Shown: piece after piece, positions 17,061 through 26,676 of the stretch
Numbering within the stretch: position 1 is the first letter of the stretch
Layout of the letters: every line of letters starts with the position of its first letter
Source of the DNA: an uncultured Gammaproteobacteria bacterium
GTDB lineage: Bacteria > Patescibacteriota > Microgenomatia > UBA8517
Direction of reading: 5' to 3'
Assembly (NCBI GenBank): GCA_964427735.1
Contig: CAYRUS010000001.1
Span: 602,201 to 666,200 of the forward strand
Length of the DNA: 64,000 bases
Program-made: the position numbers and the translations under genes
The notes under the pieces: model-generated
What the model saw: the letters and a program-made list of their open reading frames with translations, nothing else
Told to the model about the DNA's origin: nothing
The model's database searches: none

Positions 17061-18830
17061 ATGGAAAACATTTTTAAGATTATCAGATATGCTAAACCGC
17101 AACACAAATGGATAGTTGTAGCCTGTGTTTTAATAACAGTACAGGCTGTTTTGCAGCAGGCAACCCCCATTACTTTAAAGTATGTTGTTGATGAACTATC
17201 CCAGCAAATCAGTAGTGGAACAGGTAACTACACAAGACTTACATACTTATTTGCATTAATTTTAATAATTAATGTTAGTGGAGTGGTTCTCTCTTCTTTA
17301 AATCAGAGATTAGGGGATCACATTTCCTCACGACTAGGTAGACACCTAACAGAAGTTTATTACAGGAAGATTTTTACTTTACCTCAGAAATATTTTGATT
17401 CTGAAATGTCGGGGAAAGTTGTTAACCAACTTAATAGGGGAATACTTTCTATAAGTAACTTTATTGGTGCTGCTACAAACTTTATTGTTCCTGCATTACT
17501 TCAGGCTGTATTTGGGATTGCTGTGCTTGCGTATTTTGATTTAACCATTGGTCTTTTGGCCCTTTCGGTGTTTCCTGTATATATTGCAATTTCTAACTAT
17601 TCCACAAAAAAATGGGGGAAAATCCAAGAAGAGAAAAACATTCACGAGGATGCAAGTCGTGGAAGGATTGCAGAAGTTATTAGCAATATAAAATTAGTAA
17701 AAACATATAATACTCAAAAAAGAGAGTGGGAATTTATCTCTGGTAAATATGAAACAATTAATAAACTCTATGATAAACAATCTACTCAGTATCATGTTTT
17801 GAATTTTATAAGAGAATTTGGTCTGGAAATAGCTTTTATAGGAATTTTGTTTATTGTTTTTAGGAATACTTTTTTTGGGATTTTATCTTTAGGAGAGATG
17901 GTGCTAATCATCCAGCTAATGAACCAGTTAAGATGGCCGCTTTATGGAATGAGTTTTATATTAGAACAAGTTCAAAGGGCAGAAGCAGACTCAAAAGCAT
18001 TTTTTGAGGTTTTAGATATAAAAGAGGCTGAAGTATTTCAAACAAAAAGACTTCCTAGGCTACTCAAAAAACTTGAAATCAAAATGGAGAAGGTTAGCTT
18101 TTCATACGAAGATGGATCTGAAGTTTTGTCTGATATAAACCTTAATTTAAATGATCATCAAAAAGTTGCTTTAATAGGGCATTCTGGTTCAGGTAAAACA
18201 ACTTTAGTAAATTTGATTCTTAAACTCTATGAACCAACACAAGGAGAAATTTTCTTATCTGGTAAAAGATACTCAGAGACAGATCATTCGTGGATACGAT
18301 CTCATATGGCTTTGGTTTTTCAGGATAGTGAGCTATTCTCATCAACTATAAGAGAAAACGTTGCATATGGATCTCAAAAAGCCACAGACAAAGAGATAAT
18401 TGATGCTTTAAAAAAAGCAAATGCCTATGAATTTGTTCAAAAGTTTAAAGATGGTTTAGATGCCCAAATTGGAGAGCGGGGAGTTAAACTTTCTGGTGGA
18501 CAGAAGCAAAGAATTCAGATAGCTAGAGCAATTCTCCATGATAAGCCAATATTAATATTAGATGAGGCGACAAGTAGCCTTGACTCAAAATCAGAAAAAT
18601 TAGTTCAAGATGCTTTAGAAAAATTATTTAAAAACAGGCTTGTAATTATAATTGCACACCGGTTTTCCACAATACAAAATGTTGATAGGGTTATTGTTTT
18701 GGACAAGGGAACAATTACAGATGAAGGCAGCCCAAGAGAACTAGCAAGGAGAAAGGGAATATACTCAGAACTTTTGCAATACCAGGTTGAAGGAAATAAA
18801 AAACTTTTAAGAGAATACGAATTAGCATAA
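17061..18830 (+). CDS. ABC transporter, fused permease/ATPase (exporter type)
   Basis: Six-TM N-terminal domain, Walker A GHSGSGKTT, ABC signature LSGGQKQR, and Walker B ILILDEATS. Confidence 0.9.
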   Translation: MENIFKIIRYAKPQHKWIVVACVLITVQAVLQQATPITLKYVVDELSQQISSGTGNYTRLTYLFALILIINVSGVVLSSLNQRLGDHISSRLGRHLTEVYYRKIFTLPQKYFDSEMSGKVVNQLNRGILSISNFIGAATNFIVPALLQAVFGIAVLAYFDLTIGLLALSVFPVYIAISNYSTKKWGKIQEEKNIHEDASRGRIAEVISNIKLVKTYNTQKREWEFISGKYETINKLYDKQSTQYHVLNFIREFGLEIAFIGILFIVFRNTFFGILSLGEMVLIIQLMNQLRWPLYGMSFILEQVQRAEADSKAFFEVLDIKEAEVFQTKRLPRLLKKLEIKMEKVSFSYEDGSEVLSDINLNLNDHQKVALIGHSGSGKTTLVNLILKLYEPTQGEIFLSGKRYSETDHSWIRSHMALVFQDSELFSSTIRENVAYGSQKATDKEIIDALKKANAYEFVQKFKDGLDAQIGERGVKLSGGQKQRIQIARAILHDKPILILDEATSSLDSKSEKLVQDALEKLFKNRLVIIIAHRFSTIQNVDRVIVLDKGTITDEGSPRELARRKGIYSELLQYQVEGNKKLLREYELA

Positions 18831-18847
18831 TCTGATAAAATTAGAAC

Positions 18848-19234
18848 ATGGGTCCAAAAATCGATGCCGTTGGGGTTATCGCAAGCGATATTAAAATTAC
18901 AGTTCAATTTTATTCGCTCCTTGGATTTGAGTTTGAGGAATTCGATAGTCATGAAGATCATATAGAATCAAAATTAAAAAAAGGACAAGTCAGGTTAATG
19001 ATCGACTCATCAAAACTTTTTAAAGATCTAACAGGAGAGGAACCAAAACCAGGTAACACTTCCACGTTTGCGGTACTATATGATTCAGCAAAAGAAGTGG
19101 ATGAGGTTGTTAAGCGGGTTAAGTCAGGAGGTTTTAACATTGAAGAAGAACCGTTTGATGCTCCGTGGGGACAGCGTTATGCGGTTGTCAAAGACCCCAA
19201 TGGATTTAAAGTAGATCTCTTTGCGAATTTGTAG
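18848..19234 (+). CDS. VOC (glyoxalase/bleomycin-resistance) family protein
   Basis: The bab-bbb fold pattern and the C-terminal PWGQRYAVVKDPNGFKVDLF motif are typical of VOC proteins. Confidence 0.7.
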   Translation: MGPKIDAVGVIASDIKITVQFYSLLGFEFEEFDSHEDHIESKLKKGQVRLMIDSSKLFKDLTGEEPKPGNTSTFAVLYDSAKEVDEVVKRVKSGGFNIEEEPFDAPWGQRYAVVKDPNGFKVDLFANL

Positions 19235-19244
19235 TATTACCATG

Positions 19245-19661
19245 AACATGTTTAAAAAAGTAAAAGCAAACAACATAAAGGAATATCTTGCTCTTGTTCC
19301 AGAAGAGAGGAAAGATGACATAATAACTATTCATAAATTTATTCAGGAGTCAGCCCCATCACTAAAACCTCACTTTGCCCACAACATGATAGGCTACGGT
19401 AGTTTTAAGTACAAGAATTATAAAGGTGAAATTGTCGATTGGCCGACAATAGCCCTGGCAAACCAGAAAAACTACATTTCTGTTTATGTGTGTGCGGTTG
19501 AAGATGGAGAATACATTGCAGAAAAATACAAAGAAGAACTTGGAAAGGTCAGTGTAGGAAAAAGCTGCATTAGATTTAACAAACTGGAAAAGCTAAATTT
19601 ACCAGCCCTAAAAAAGATCATTAAAAAAGCAGCCAAAAACCCAGGACTCACTAATAAATAA
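19245..19661 (+). CDS. DUF1801 (YdhG-like) domain protein
   Basis: KEYLALVPEERKDDIITIHKFIQESAP...IGYGSFKYK fits the DUF1801 pattern. The start was chosen at the internal Met (MNMFKK) to avoid overlapping the upstream VOC gene. Confidence 0.55.
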   Translation, partial: NMFKKVKANNIKEYLALVPEERKDDIITIHKFIQESAPSLKPHFAHNMIGYGSFKYKNYKGEIVDWPTIALANQKNYISVYVCAVEDGEYIAEKYKEELGKVSVGKSCIRFNKLEKLNLPALKKIIKKAAKNPGLTNK

Positions 19662-19686
19662 TATTAATGTTATTTCTACAGAAAGA

Positions 19687-20340
19687 CTAATTTGACTTTA
19701 ATCTTTTCAACAATACTTCCTGTATATGATCACGCTTTTTCTGAAAAATAATAATTCCTGTAACGCCAACTGCTAGAAAGAAGAGTATTTTCCCCACATC
19801 TTCAGCACTTGCGACAAATTCATTTAACTGCGATAGTCCATAGTAGCCAATATAGGCAAAAATCATACTTCGAACCCAGACGCCTAAAAAAGTCGACTGA
19901 ACATAGGTTCGCATATTAATCTTGATAAGTCCGGCAACTGCAGCGACAGGTGCACCGGGAAAAACTGGAATAGCACGCAGAAGAAAAAGTATGACATCAT
20001 CTTTCCAGGTTTTGTTAAAGCGTTTTCCTATGCTTTCCACCTCACGGTGTGTTATACCTAAAAACTTTCCAAACCTTGATAGCACCACATCTTCTGCTTT
20101 GTCTGCGAAATAGTAAATAATAATTGCTCCAATTGTTTTCCCGATAGCAGCGAAGAGGGAAATAATTACAATATAAAATGCTGTTTGGCCTTGCTCTAAT
20201 GCGATGGATCCTGCGGATGTCATCACAAGCGGGGACGGGATAGGAGCAACAACTTCCTCTATAAATCCACCAATAGTGGTAAAGACAGGGAGAGGGACCA
20301 GTTCGGAAAGAGCATGAAGTGCAGACAAAAATTTTTCCAT
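19687..20340 (-). CDS. DedA/TVP38 family membrane protein
   Basis: The conserved DedA core (FLLRAIPVFPGAPVAAVAGLIKIN) is present, with multiple TM segments. Confidence 0.75.
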   Translation of the reverse strand: MEKFLSALHALSELVPLPVFTTIGGFIEEVVAPIPSPLVMTSAGSIALEQGQTAFYIVIISLFAAIGKTIGAIIIYYFADKAEDVVLSRFGKFLGITHREVESIGKRFNKTWKDDVILFLLRAIPVFPGAPVAAVAGLIKINMRTYVQSTFLGVWVRSMIFAYIGYYGLSQLNEFVASAEDVGKILFFLAVGVTGIIIFQKKRDHIQEVLLKRLKSN

Positions 20341-20477
20341 ACGGGATTAAGTATACAGGATATGAAACTACAATTCTTTATGCTTTATTATTTCTTGTTT
20401 AAAACAAGTGACCTGAATTCAAACAAACTAAGTGGAGCTGTAGTGTCTTACTTTATAATAATTGATATACTTTATTT

Positions 20478-21041
20478 ATGAAAGAATACGTGGGAATTAT
20501 TACTATCGTCCTCTCGATTGTTGGTCATACTCCATACATAGTCGATGCCTACAAACAAAAGACAAAACCACATTTTTTTACCTGGTTGATTTGGTCAATT
20601 GTTGTTGGTTTAGTCTTTTTTGGACAGGTCGCAAAAGGTGGAGGTGCTGGTGCATGGTCAACCGGTGCAACAGCTGTGATTGTTGTAATTATCACACTTC
20701 TTGCACTGCGAAATAAAAGAAAAGACATTACAAAATCAGACAAAATATTTTTTATTCTTGCTCTTCTTGCAATTATTCCCTGGTATTTTGCAAATGACCC
20801 AACTCTTTCAGTTGTTATGGCAACAGGAATAGACGCACTTGCATTTCTTCCAACTATGCGAAAGACGCTGAAAGACCCGACAAGCGAAACCTTTGTTTTG
20901 TATCCTTTGAACGTATTAAGACACGGCTTGTCGATCTATGCAATTTCAAGCTATAACCTCGCTACTGTAATTTATCCCGCCTACTTATTTATTGCCAACG
21001 GACTTATGACCCTGATTATATTGAGGCCAAAATTGAGATAG
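20478..21041 (+). CDS. integral membrane protein, hypothetical
   Basis: 187 aa with about six hydrophobic segments. No confident family assignment. Confidence 0.4.
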   Translation: MKEYVGIITIVLSIVGHTPYIVDAYKQKTKPHFFTWLIWSIVVGLVFFGQVAKGGGAGAWSTGATAVIVVIITLLALRNKRKDITKSDKIFFILALLAIIPWYFANDPTLSVVMATGIDALAFLPTMRKTLKDPTSETFVLYPLNVLRHGLSIYAISSYNLATVIYPAYLFIANGLMTLIILRPKLR

Positions 21042-21077
21042 CTAAATTAGCATATTATCGCTAAAATAATACAAACA

Positions 21078-21470
21078 ATGAAAGCAAAACCAGTAGTTCA
21101 CTTCGAAATGCCATATAAAGACAACAATCGTGTGGCAAAGTTTTATGAAAATGCTTTTGGTTGGGATATGAAAAACTACCCTGAGATGGGTAATTATGTA
21201 TTGGCAAATACAACAGAAGTTGATGAATCAACACAAAGACCAAAACAACCTGGAGCAATAAATGGTGGATTTTTCCCATATGGTGATTATGGTAAGATTC
21301 CACATCTCGTGATTTCCGTTGAGAATCTTGAAGAGCATATGGAGCTGGTTAAAAAAGAAGGTGGTAAGCTATTAAAAGAGCCAATGGATATTGCCGGTGT
21401 GGGTCTTTTTGTGATGATTGAAGATACTGAAGGCAATAAAGTTGGCATGCTCCAGCCTGCTGAAATGTAA
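21078..21470 (+). CDS. VOC family protein
   Basis: HFEMPYKDNNRVAKFYENAFGW...GVGLFVMIEDTEGNKVGML is typical of small VOC proteins. Confidence 0.7.
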   Translation: MKAKPVVHFEMPYKDNNRVAKFYENAFGWDMKNYPEMGNYVLANTTEVDESTQRPKQPGAINGGFFPYGDYGKIPHLVISVENLEEHMELVKKEGGKLLKEPMDIAGVGLFVMIEDTEGNKVGMLQPAEM

Positions 21471-21500
21471 ATACTTCTCCAAATCTAAATTATTTTATAT

Positions 21501-22319
21501 TTACGCTGTTCCAATAGCAAAATGTGCAGTAGCTTTTAGTTTGACTGGGCTATCACCAAACCGCTTTTTTAGAATTTCATCAAATACAGCTTGCAAGCGA
21601 AGAGCTTTGTCTTTGCCGATCTTGTCCATTAGTGGAGCAAATATCGGGTTGGCTAGGGCTAAAGCCATCCATGCTTCATCACGATTTCTCCATACATTAT
21701 TAGTCGACCACGATTTAACTTCCACATCTTCGAACCCCGCATCCGACATCTCACGCGTGAGTCTTTTTTTATCTGCCAATTCCAAAAAAGGAGGAGGATC
21801 AGGTGTGGGCATTTCGGGTAGTGCAGTCTTCACTGCTTCCTGGAATGTCGCAAACCACTCATTGTTAGGTGGTGCATCCCATGTAACGACAATCGCTTTT
21901 GCTTTTGGGATAAGCACACGCTTAAGTTCTGAGAAGCCTTTATTACGATCGGAAAAAAGCATTAATCCAAACACAGAAAAAGCGGCATCAAAGATATTAT
22001 CTTCAAAATCCAGATTTTGTCCATTCATTACAAGTGCTTCGAGATTATCCAGATTTTCTTTTTTGGCACGCTCGGTTAAAATCTTAATCAAAGGTGGTGT
22101 GAAGTCTATGGCAGTCACTTCCGCACCTTTTTTTGCTGCACGAATTGCTAGTGCACCTGAACCTGTCGCCATATCCAGAACGTTCATGTCTTTACTAATT
22201 GGCAGCAGCTCAAGAGCATGTTCTGCATAATTCCCTGTTGCATGGTCGATATGTTTGGCATAGAGGTCGGCAACGGATATCCAACCTTCGACCGATGACT
22301 CTGGTCTAGGGTTTTTCAT
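21501..22319 (-). CDS. class I SAM-dependent methyltransferase
   Basis: Motif I VLDMATGSGALAIRAA and a post-I acidic residue. The overlapping + strand ORF 21418..22230 is a low-complexity antisense shadow. Confidence 0.8.
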   Translation of the reverse strand: MKNPRPESSVEGWISVADLYAKHIDHATGNYAEHALELLPISKDMNVLDMATGSGALAIRAAKKGAEVTAIDFTPPLIKILTERAKKENLDNLEALVMNGQNLDFEDNIFDAAFSVFGLMLFSDRNKGFSELKRVLIPKAKAIVVTWDAPPNNEWFATFQEAVKTALPEMPTPDPPPFLELADKKRLTREMSDAGFEDVEVKSWSTNNVWRNRDEAWMALALANPIFAPLMDKIGKDKALRLQAVFDEILKKRFGDSPVKLKATAHFAIGTA

Positions 22320-22425
22320 ATACTCAGGGTATCAAAGATATTCATGAATGTTAAATGAATTTTTCAACAACAAAAAATAGAGTCTATTTTAATTGATGTT
22401 AAGACTGTAGAATAATGCAATAAGT

Positions 22426-22917
22426 ATGAAAAATAACCTACAAAAACTAGTTACATGCCTCTGGTTGGATGATGAAGCAGAGGAGATGGGTTCTTTCTAC
22501 AAAGACGTTTTTAAAGACAACTTCAAAGAGGGAGACAAGACCTACTACACCACAGAAACTCCATCAAATAAACCAGTCGGCAGTATTTTAACTTATGAAT
22601 TTGAGATATTTGGGAATAGTTTTATGGCTTTAAATGGAGGAGATGCGTTTAAATTAAGTGAAGCTGTTTCTTTTGTAATAAACTGCGATAACCAAGAAGA
22701 AATTGATTATTATTGGGAAGCATTATCTGCAGTTCCCGAATCTGAAGTATGCGGATGGTGTAAGGACAAATTTGGAGTAAGCTGGCAAATAACTCCCAAG
22801 AGGCTTGATGAGATGTTAAAGTCAGAAGACAAAGAAGCAGCAACGAGGGCAATGGATGCAATGCTTGAGATGAAAAAGATTGATATTGCTAAGTTGGAAG
22901 CAGCTTTTAAAGGTTAA
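22426..22917 (+). CDS. PhnB-like / 3-demethylubiquinone-9 3-methyltransferase-domain VOC protein
   Basis: The motifs CLWLDDEAEE...FMALNGGDAFKLSEAVSFVINCDNQEEIDYYWEALSA...CGWCKDKFGVSWQITP match the PhnB-like family. Confidence 0.75.
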   Translation: MKNNLQKLVTCLWLDDEAEEMGSFYKDVFKDNFKEGDKTYYTTETPSNKPVGSILTYEFEIFGNSFMALNGGDAFKLSEAVSFVINCDNQEEIDYYWEALSAVPESEVCGWCKDKFGVSWQITPKRLDEMLKSEDKEAATRAMDAMLEMKKIDIAKLEAAFKG

Positions 22918-22918
22918 G

Positions 22919-23512
22919 ATGAGAAAAATAATTGTTTTAAGCTTTATTACTCTTGATGGTGTTATGCAGGCTCCAGGTGGGCCAAAAGAAGATACTTCAG
23001 GTGGGTTTAAATATGGTGGTTGGACTCATCCCTATTTTGACAAGTTTTTAGGAAGCGTGATGGCAAAGCAGATGAGTGGTAAATATGATCTTCTTTTGGG
23101 AAGAAAAACTTATGACATTTTTGCAGGATATTGGCCAGAACACGAAGATGAGTGGCCACAGATAAATAAAATTACAAAATACACTGTATCCAATACCCTC
23201 AAAAATCCCAAATGGGAAAATACCGCAGTGATAAAAAACATTGCAGGAATCAAAAAGCTAAAAAGCTCAAAGGGACCAGCTCTACAAGTTCATGGCAGTG
23301 GTGACCTAATCCAGTCACTACTCAAAGCTGATTTAGTGGATGAGTTTTGGCTCAAGATTTTTCCGATTACTTTAGGGAAAGGGAAAAGATTATTTGCAGA
23401 AGGAACAATTCCCGCAGCTTTTAAACTTGTAGAAAGCAAAGTATCACCAAAGGGAGTAATTGTTGCTAACTACAAACGAGCAGGGGAAGTGCGAACCGGC
23501 TCATTTGAATAA
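22919..23512 (+). CDS. dihydrofolate-reductase-family (RibD C-terminal-like) protein
   Basis: MRKIIVLSFITLDGVMQAPGGPKED...GRKTYDIFAGYWP...VHGSGDLIQSLLKADLVDE is a RibD_C / YwjB-like pattern. The start is the internal ATG at 22919, just after the upstream stop. Confidence 0.8.
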   Translation: MRKIIVLSFITLDGVMQAPGGPKEDTSGGFKYGGWTHPYFDKFLGSVMAKQMSGKYDLLLGRKTYDIFAGYWPEHEDEWPQINKITKYTVSNTLKNPKWENTAVIKNIAGIKKLKSSKGPALQVHGSGDLIQSLLKADLVDEFWLKIFPITLGKGKRLFAEGTIPAAFKLVESKVSPKGVIVANYKRAGEVRTGSFE

Positions 23513-23543
23513 CTGGTATAATCAGGACTTGTAGAATTTTAAA

Positions 23544-23894
23544 ATGTCTGAAAAAGTAAGTGAGTATATTAAAGAGATCTCGGACTGGCGTGGGAAGCTG
23601 CTTGCAGAAATTAGAAATGTAGTTTTGGCAGCAGACAAAGGAATTGTTGAGGAGTGGAAATGGAACTCGCCTGTTTGGAGCAAAGATGGACTAATTTGCA
23701 GTGCGAGTGCTTTTAAAAACCATGTAAGTATAAGTTTTTTTAACGGTGCCAGCCTTGAGGATAAAGATAAACTTTTTAATTATGGTCTTGACTCTAAAAA
23801 AATGCGAACAATAAAGTTTGAAAAAGGAGATAAAATTAAGGAAAAAGAATTGAAAAACCTCATAAAAGAAGCAATTGAATTTAATTCTAAATAA
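23544..23894 (+). CDS. DUF1801 (YdhG-like) domain protein
   Basis: SEYIKEISDWRGKLLAEIRNVVLAADKGIVEEWKWNSPVWSKDG fits the DUF1801 pattern. Confidence 0.6.
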   Translation: MSEKVSEYIKEISDWRGKLLAEIRNVVLAADKGIVEEWKWNSPVWSKDGLICSASAFKNHVSISFFNGASLEDKDKLFNYGLDSKKMRTIKFEKGDKIKEKELKNLIKEAIEFNSK

Positions 23895-23899
23895 TTCAA

Positions 23900-24130
23900 A
23901 TGAGCTCACAAAAAACTCAAATAAAAGACGGAATTACCTATAAATATCACACGGACGGAACAGTGCATGCAAAAGGAAAAATAAAAGATGGAAAACCTTC
24001 AGGATATTGGGAATGGTTTAGAAAGGATGGCACGATAAAACGCTCAGGTACTTTCAAAGACGGCGAGCCTGTAGGGGAATGGACCACCTATGATAAAAAT
24101 GGAAAAGTGGTTAGAATAACCCAAAGGTGA
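23900..24130 (+). CDS. MORN-variant (YwqK-family) repeat protein
   Basis: Repeated G.W.W...DG....G.F.DG...G.W motifs (GYWEWFRKDGTIKRSGTFKDGEPVGEWTTYDKNG). Confidence 0.6.
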   Translation: MSSQKTQIKDGITYKYHTDGTVHAKGKIKDGKPSGYWEWFRKDGTIKRSGTFKDGEPVGEWTTYDKNGKVVRITQR

Positions 24131-24142
24131 AAAAAAGCAAAA

Positions 24143-24535
24143 ATGAATCAGGAAATTAAGGACTATAATGCAAAGCAAACTAAAGAAGATGAGAAAATTT
24201 GTAATTTGCTAATGTCTATTATTAACAAGAATCTTTTAGGTGCAGAAAGCAAAATTTGGCACAGACACCCCGTTTGGTTTTTGGATGGGAACTCAATTGT
24301 CGGTTACAGCAAGCAAAAACCAGGAATCCGACTTATGTTTTGGAGTGGGCAAGGATTTGATGAAGATAAATTAAATGTTCGAGGGAAGAAATTCAAAGAT
24401 GCTTCAATTTTTTACAACGAAATTTCTGAGGTGGATATCATTGATCTTAAACGCTGGCTCAAAAAAGCTAAAAAAATTCAGTGGGATTACAAAAATATTG
24501 TAAAAAGAAAAGGAAAGTTGGTAAGGATAAAGTAA
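24143..24535 (+). CDS. DUF1801-like small protein
   Basis: The weak pattern WHRHPVWFLDGNSIVGYSKQKPGIRLMFWSG resembles the YdhG-like fold. Confidence 0.4.
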   Translation: MNQEIKDYNAKQTKEDEKICNLLMSIINKNLLGAESKIWHRHPVWFLDGNSIVGYSKQKPGIRLMFWSGQGFDEDKLNVRGKKFKDASIFYNEISEVDIIDLKRWLKKAKKIQWDYKNIVKRKGKLVRIK

Positions 24536-24560
24536 AGACATTTTAGGGAGGTGATTAGTA

Positions 24561-24998
24561 ATGAAGGTAAATCCATATTTAAATTTTGATGGTAATGCTA
24601 GAGAGGCAATGGAGTTTTACAGAACCGTTTTTGGTGGAGAATTTGATTCTGTTATGACATTCGGTGAAATGACAGAAAACGACGATTATCAAGTGCCTGA
24701 GGAAGAAAAAGAGCGTATTATGCACATATCACTTCCAATCGGAGATGAGCTTTGGATAATGGCAAGTGACATATCGCCATCTCAAGGACACAAACTGATT
24801 GAGGGTAACAACAACTACATTTGTTTGGTTCCTGAATCAAAAGAAGAAGGTCAGCGAATTTTTGATCAATTATCAAAAGGCGGAGAGGTAGAAATGTCTT
24901 TTGAAAAAATGTTTTGGGGTGACTATTTTGCTTCTTTTAAGGATAAGTTTGGTGTAGCTTGGATGATAAACTGGTCAGATAACCAAAAAAGTGAGTAA
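24561..24998 (+). CDS. PhnB-like VOC family protein
   Basis: An SD element (AGGGAGGTGATTAGTAATG) precedes the start. Motifs PYLNFDGNAREAMEFY...HISLPIG...FWGDYFASFKDKFGVAWMINW match the family. Confidence 0.75.
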   Translation: MKVNPYLNFDGNAREAMEFYRTVFGGEFDSVMTFGEMTENDDYQVPEEEKERIMHISLPIGDELWIMASDISPSQGHKLIEGNNNYICLVPESKEEGQRIFDQLSKGGEVEMSFEKMFWGDYFASFKDKFGVAWMINWSDNQKSE

Positions 24999-25293
24999 TC
25001 ATAAAAAACAAAAAAAGATCTGTGATCGTGGGCACACTTTTTATAAAACAAGTGATTGTCCTGTTTGCCCAAAGTGTTGGTCAGGATATTACAGAGAAAA
25101 AAATAAAGGAGACTTTCCTGACAAGTTAGTTTCTCCTGCACTTCGTGCTTTACTTAGTGCAAATATTTTTAATCTTAATCAATTATCTGAATATTCAGAA
25201 GAAGAAATTTTGAGCTTACACGGAATGGGACCAAGCTCAATCCCACTTTTGAAAAAGGCTTTAAAGGAAAAAGGTTTATCTTTTAAAGAATAA
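24991..25293 (+). CDS. zinc-ribbon plus helix-hairpin-helix small protein, hypothetical
   Basis: Cys cluster CDRGH..CPVCPKC, followed by an RNA polymerase alpha-CTD-like HhH segment (SLHGMGPSSIPLLKKAL). Confidence 0.4.
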   Translation: MSNHKKQKKICDRGHTFYKTSDCPVCPKCWSGYYREKNKGDFPDKLVSPALRALLSANIFNLNQLSEYSEEEILSLHGMGPSSIPLLKKALKEKGLSFKE

Positions 25294-25509
25294 TTTTTTC
25301 TAAATAACGTTTCAAAATTCTTAAGCAAGGTTGGACCAGCAGACAAGCGTGATGATTCTTTTGAAATCTTGGAACTTATGAAAAAAGTTACTGGCGAAGA
25401 TCCGATTATGTGGGGAGAGAGTATTGTAGGTTTTGGTAAGTGTCATTATAAATTCAATGTTTTTCACTTGCTTTTAAATCGACAAGCTGTGCTTTATTCT
25501 TTGTATTAG
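25294..25509 (+). pseudogene. decayed DUF1801 gene fragment: N-terminal ~50 codons only, no start codon, C-terminal two-thirds missing
   Basis: Read in the same frame immediately after the stop of 24991..25293, it gives ..SKFLSKVGPADKRDDSFEILELMKKVTGEDPIMWGESIVGFGKCHYKF. This matches the conserved N-terminal core of DUF1801 proteins (MWGpSIVGFGsYHYKY). It then diverges into NVFHLLLNRQAVLYSLY* where the 3' end of the opposite-strand gene 25474..25860 begins. Confidence 0.55.
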
Positions 25510-25860
25510 ACTTTGGCCACTGTCTTGGACTTGTTGAACCTTTTCTTCTCTCAAGTCTTCTTTTGTTTCACTTAGGCTTTCTTTTAGTTGGATGTTTTCT
25601 TGTTGAAGTGTTTCATTTTGCTTTACCACCTTGTTTAATTTCCCCTCTAGGCTTCTGTTTGAAGAATATGAGGCAACCTGTTCAAAAAATCCAAACACAG
25701 ACATAATGAACGCACCTACAAGCATAGCAGCTGTTAGAGCAAGATATAGAGGAATGCTTGCTCTCAGGCCAAAGAGATTTATTGGGACAAGAACAGTGTT
25801 TTGGACTGAAATAAAGGTAAAAATCAGACCAAGAGTTATTGCAAGAATCACTGTAAGCAT
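25474..25860 (-). CDS. LapA-like (DUF1049) membrane protein with C-terminal coiled coil
   Basis: Two N-terminal TM helices (ISVQNTVLVPINLFGL...) followed by a heptad-rich tail. Confidence 0.45.
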   Translation of the reverse strand: MLTVILAITLGLIFTFISVQNTVLVPINLFGLRASIPLYLALTAAMLVGAFIMSVFGFFEQVASYSSNRSLEGKLNKVVKQNETLQQENIQLKESLSETKEDLREEKVQQVQDSGQSLIQRIKHSLSI

Positions 25861-25941
25861 AATGATTTCATTTAACTAAAGTTTTGTTAATAAAGCGTAA
25901 TAATAGTTATATAAAATCGTTAGTGGTTTATAATATGATTA

Positions 25942-26670
25942 ATGAAAACTATCAAAATTTTAGGAATACCAATCCATAATTTATCTTATGAGAAAGTTCT
26001 TGAATATATTGAAGAAAAAATAAAAAAAGGAAGCTCACATCAAATTGTAACTGTAAACCCTGAGTTCATAATTATTTCTAGAAAAAACAGAGAGTTCAGA
26101 CAAGTTTTACTTAATGCTGATTTGGCTGTGATAGATGGCGTGGGGCTTCAGTATGCTGCTTTTTTGAATGGAAATCGATTTGTTGATCGAATTGGAGGAA
26201 CTCAACTGGTTGAAAAACTAATACCTCTAGCAGAAAAAAAGGGTTGGAAAATATTTTTCTTAGGAGCAATGCCTGGTGTTGCCCAAAAGGCAGCAGATGA
26301 TTTTAAAAACAAGTTCTCCAAAATTCAGATAATGGCAAGTTCGGATGACCCGACACCAGAAGGTACTAAAAATGCTATTGAGAAAATAAAGAAATTTAAA
26401 CCCCATCTCCTTTTTGTTGCTTATGGAGCTCCTAAACAAGATTTATGGATCTACAACAACAAAGACAAATTAAACGTTCCTGTGATGATTGGGGTAGGTG
26501 GTGCTTTTGATTATTTATCTGGCAAAGTAAAAAGGCCTCCTAAGTTGGTTAGCCAACTTGGATTTGAGTGGTTATGGAGATTAATTAACCAGCCATGGAG
26601 ATGGAAGCGTCAGCTTACTTGGCCATATTTTGTTTTGCTGGTAATAAAAGAAAGGTTTTTTAAAAATTAA
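25942..26670 (+). CDS. WecB/TagA/CpsF family glycosyltransferase (GT26)
   Basis: ILGIPIHNLSYEKVLEYI...VTVNPEFII...LADLAVIDGVGLQYAA...YGAPKQDLWI match the GT26 family throughout. Confidence 0.85.
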   Translation: MKTIKILGIPIHNLSYEKVLEYIEEKIKKGSSHQIVTVNPEFIIISRKNREFRQVLLNADLAVIDGVGLQYAAFLNGNRFVDRIGGTQLVEKLIPLAEKKGWKIFFLGAMPGVAQKAADDFKNKFSKIQIMASSDDPTPEGTKNAIEKIKKFKPHLLFVAYGAPKQDLWIYNNKDKLNVPVMIGVGGAFDYLSGKVKRPPKLVSQLGFEWLWRLINQPWRWKRQLTWPYFVLLVIKERFFKN

Positions 26671-26676
26671 ATAAAA

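Noticed and set aside
21418-22230. 270-aa plus-strand ORF
   Set aside because: It is an antisense shadow of the SAM-methyltransferase gene 21501..22319, which has clear motif I. The shadow product is low-complexity and S/A-rich.
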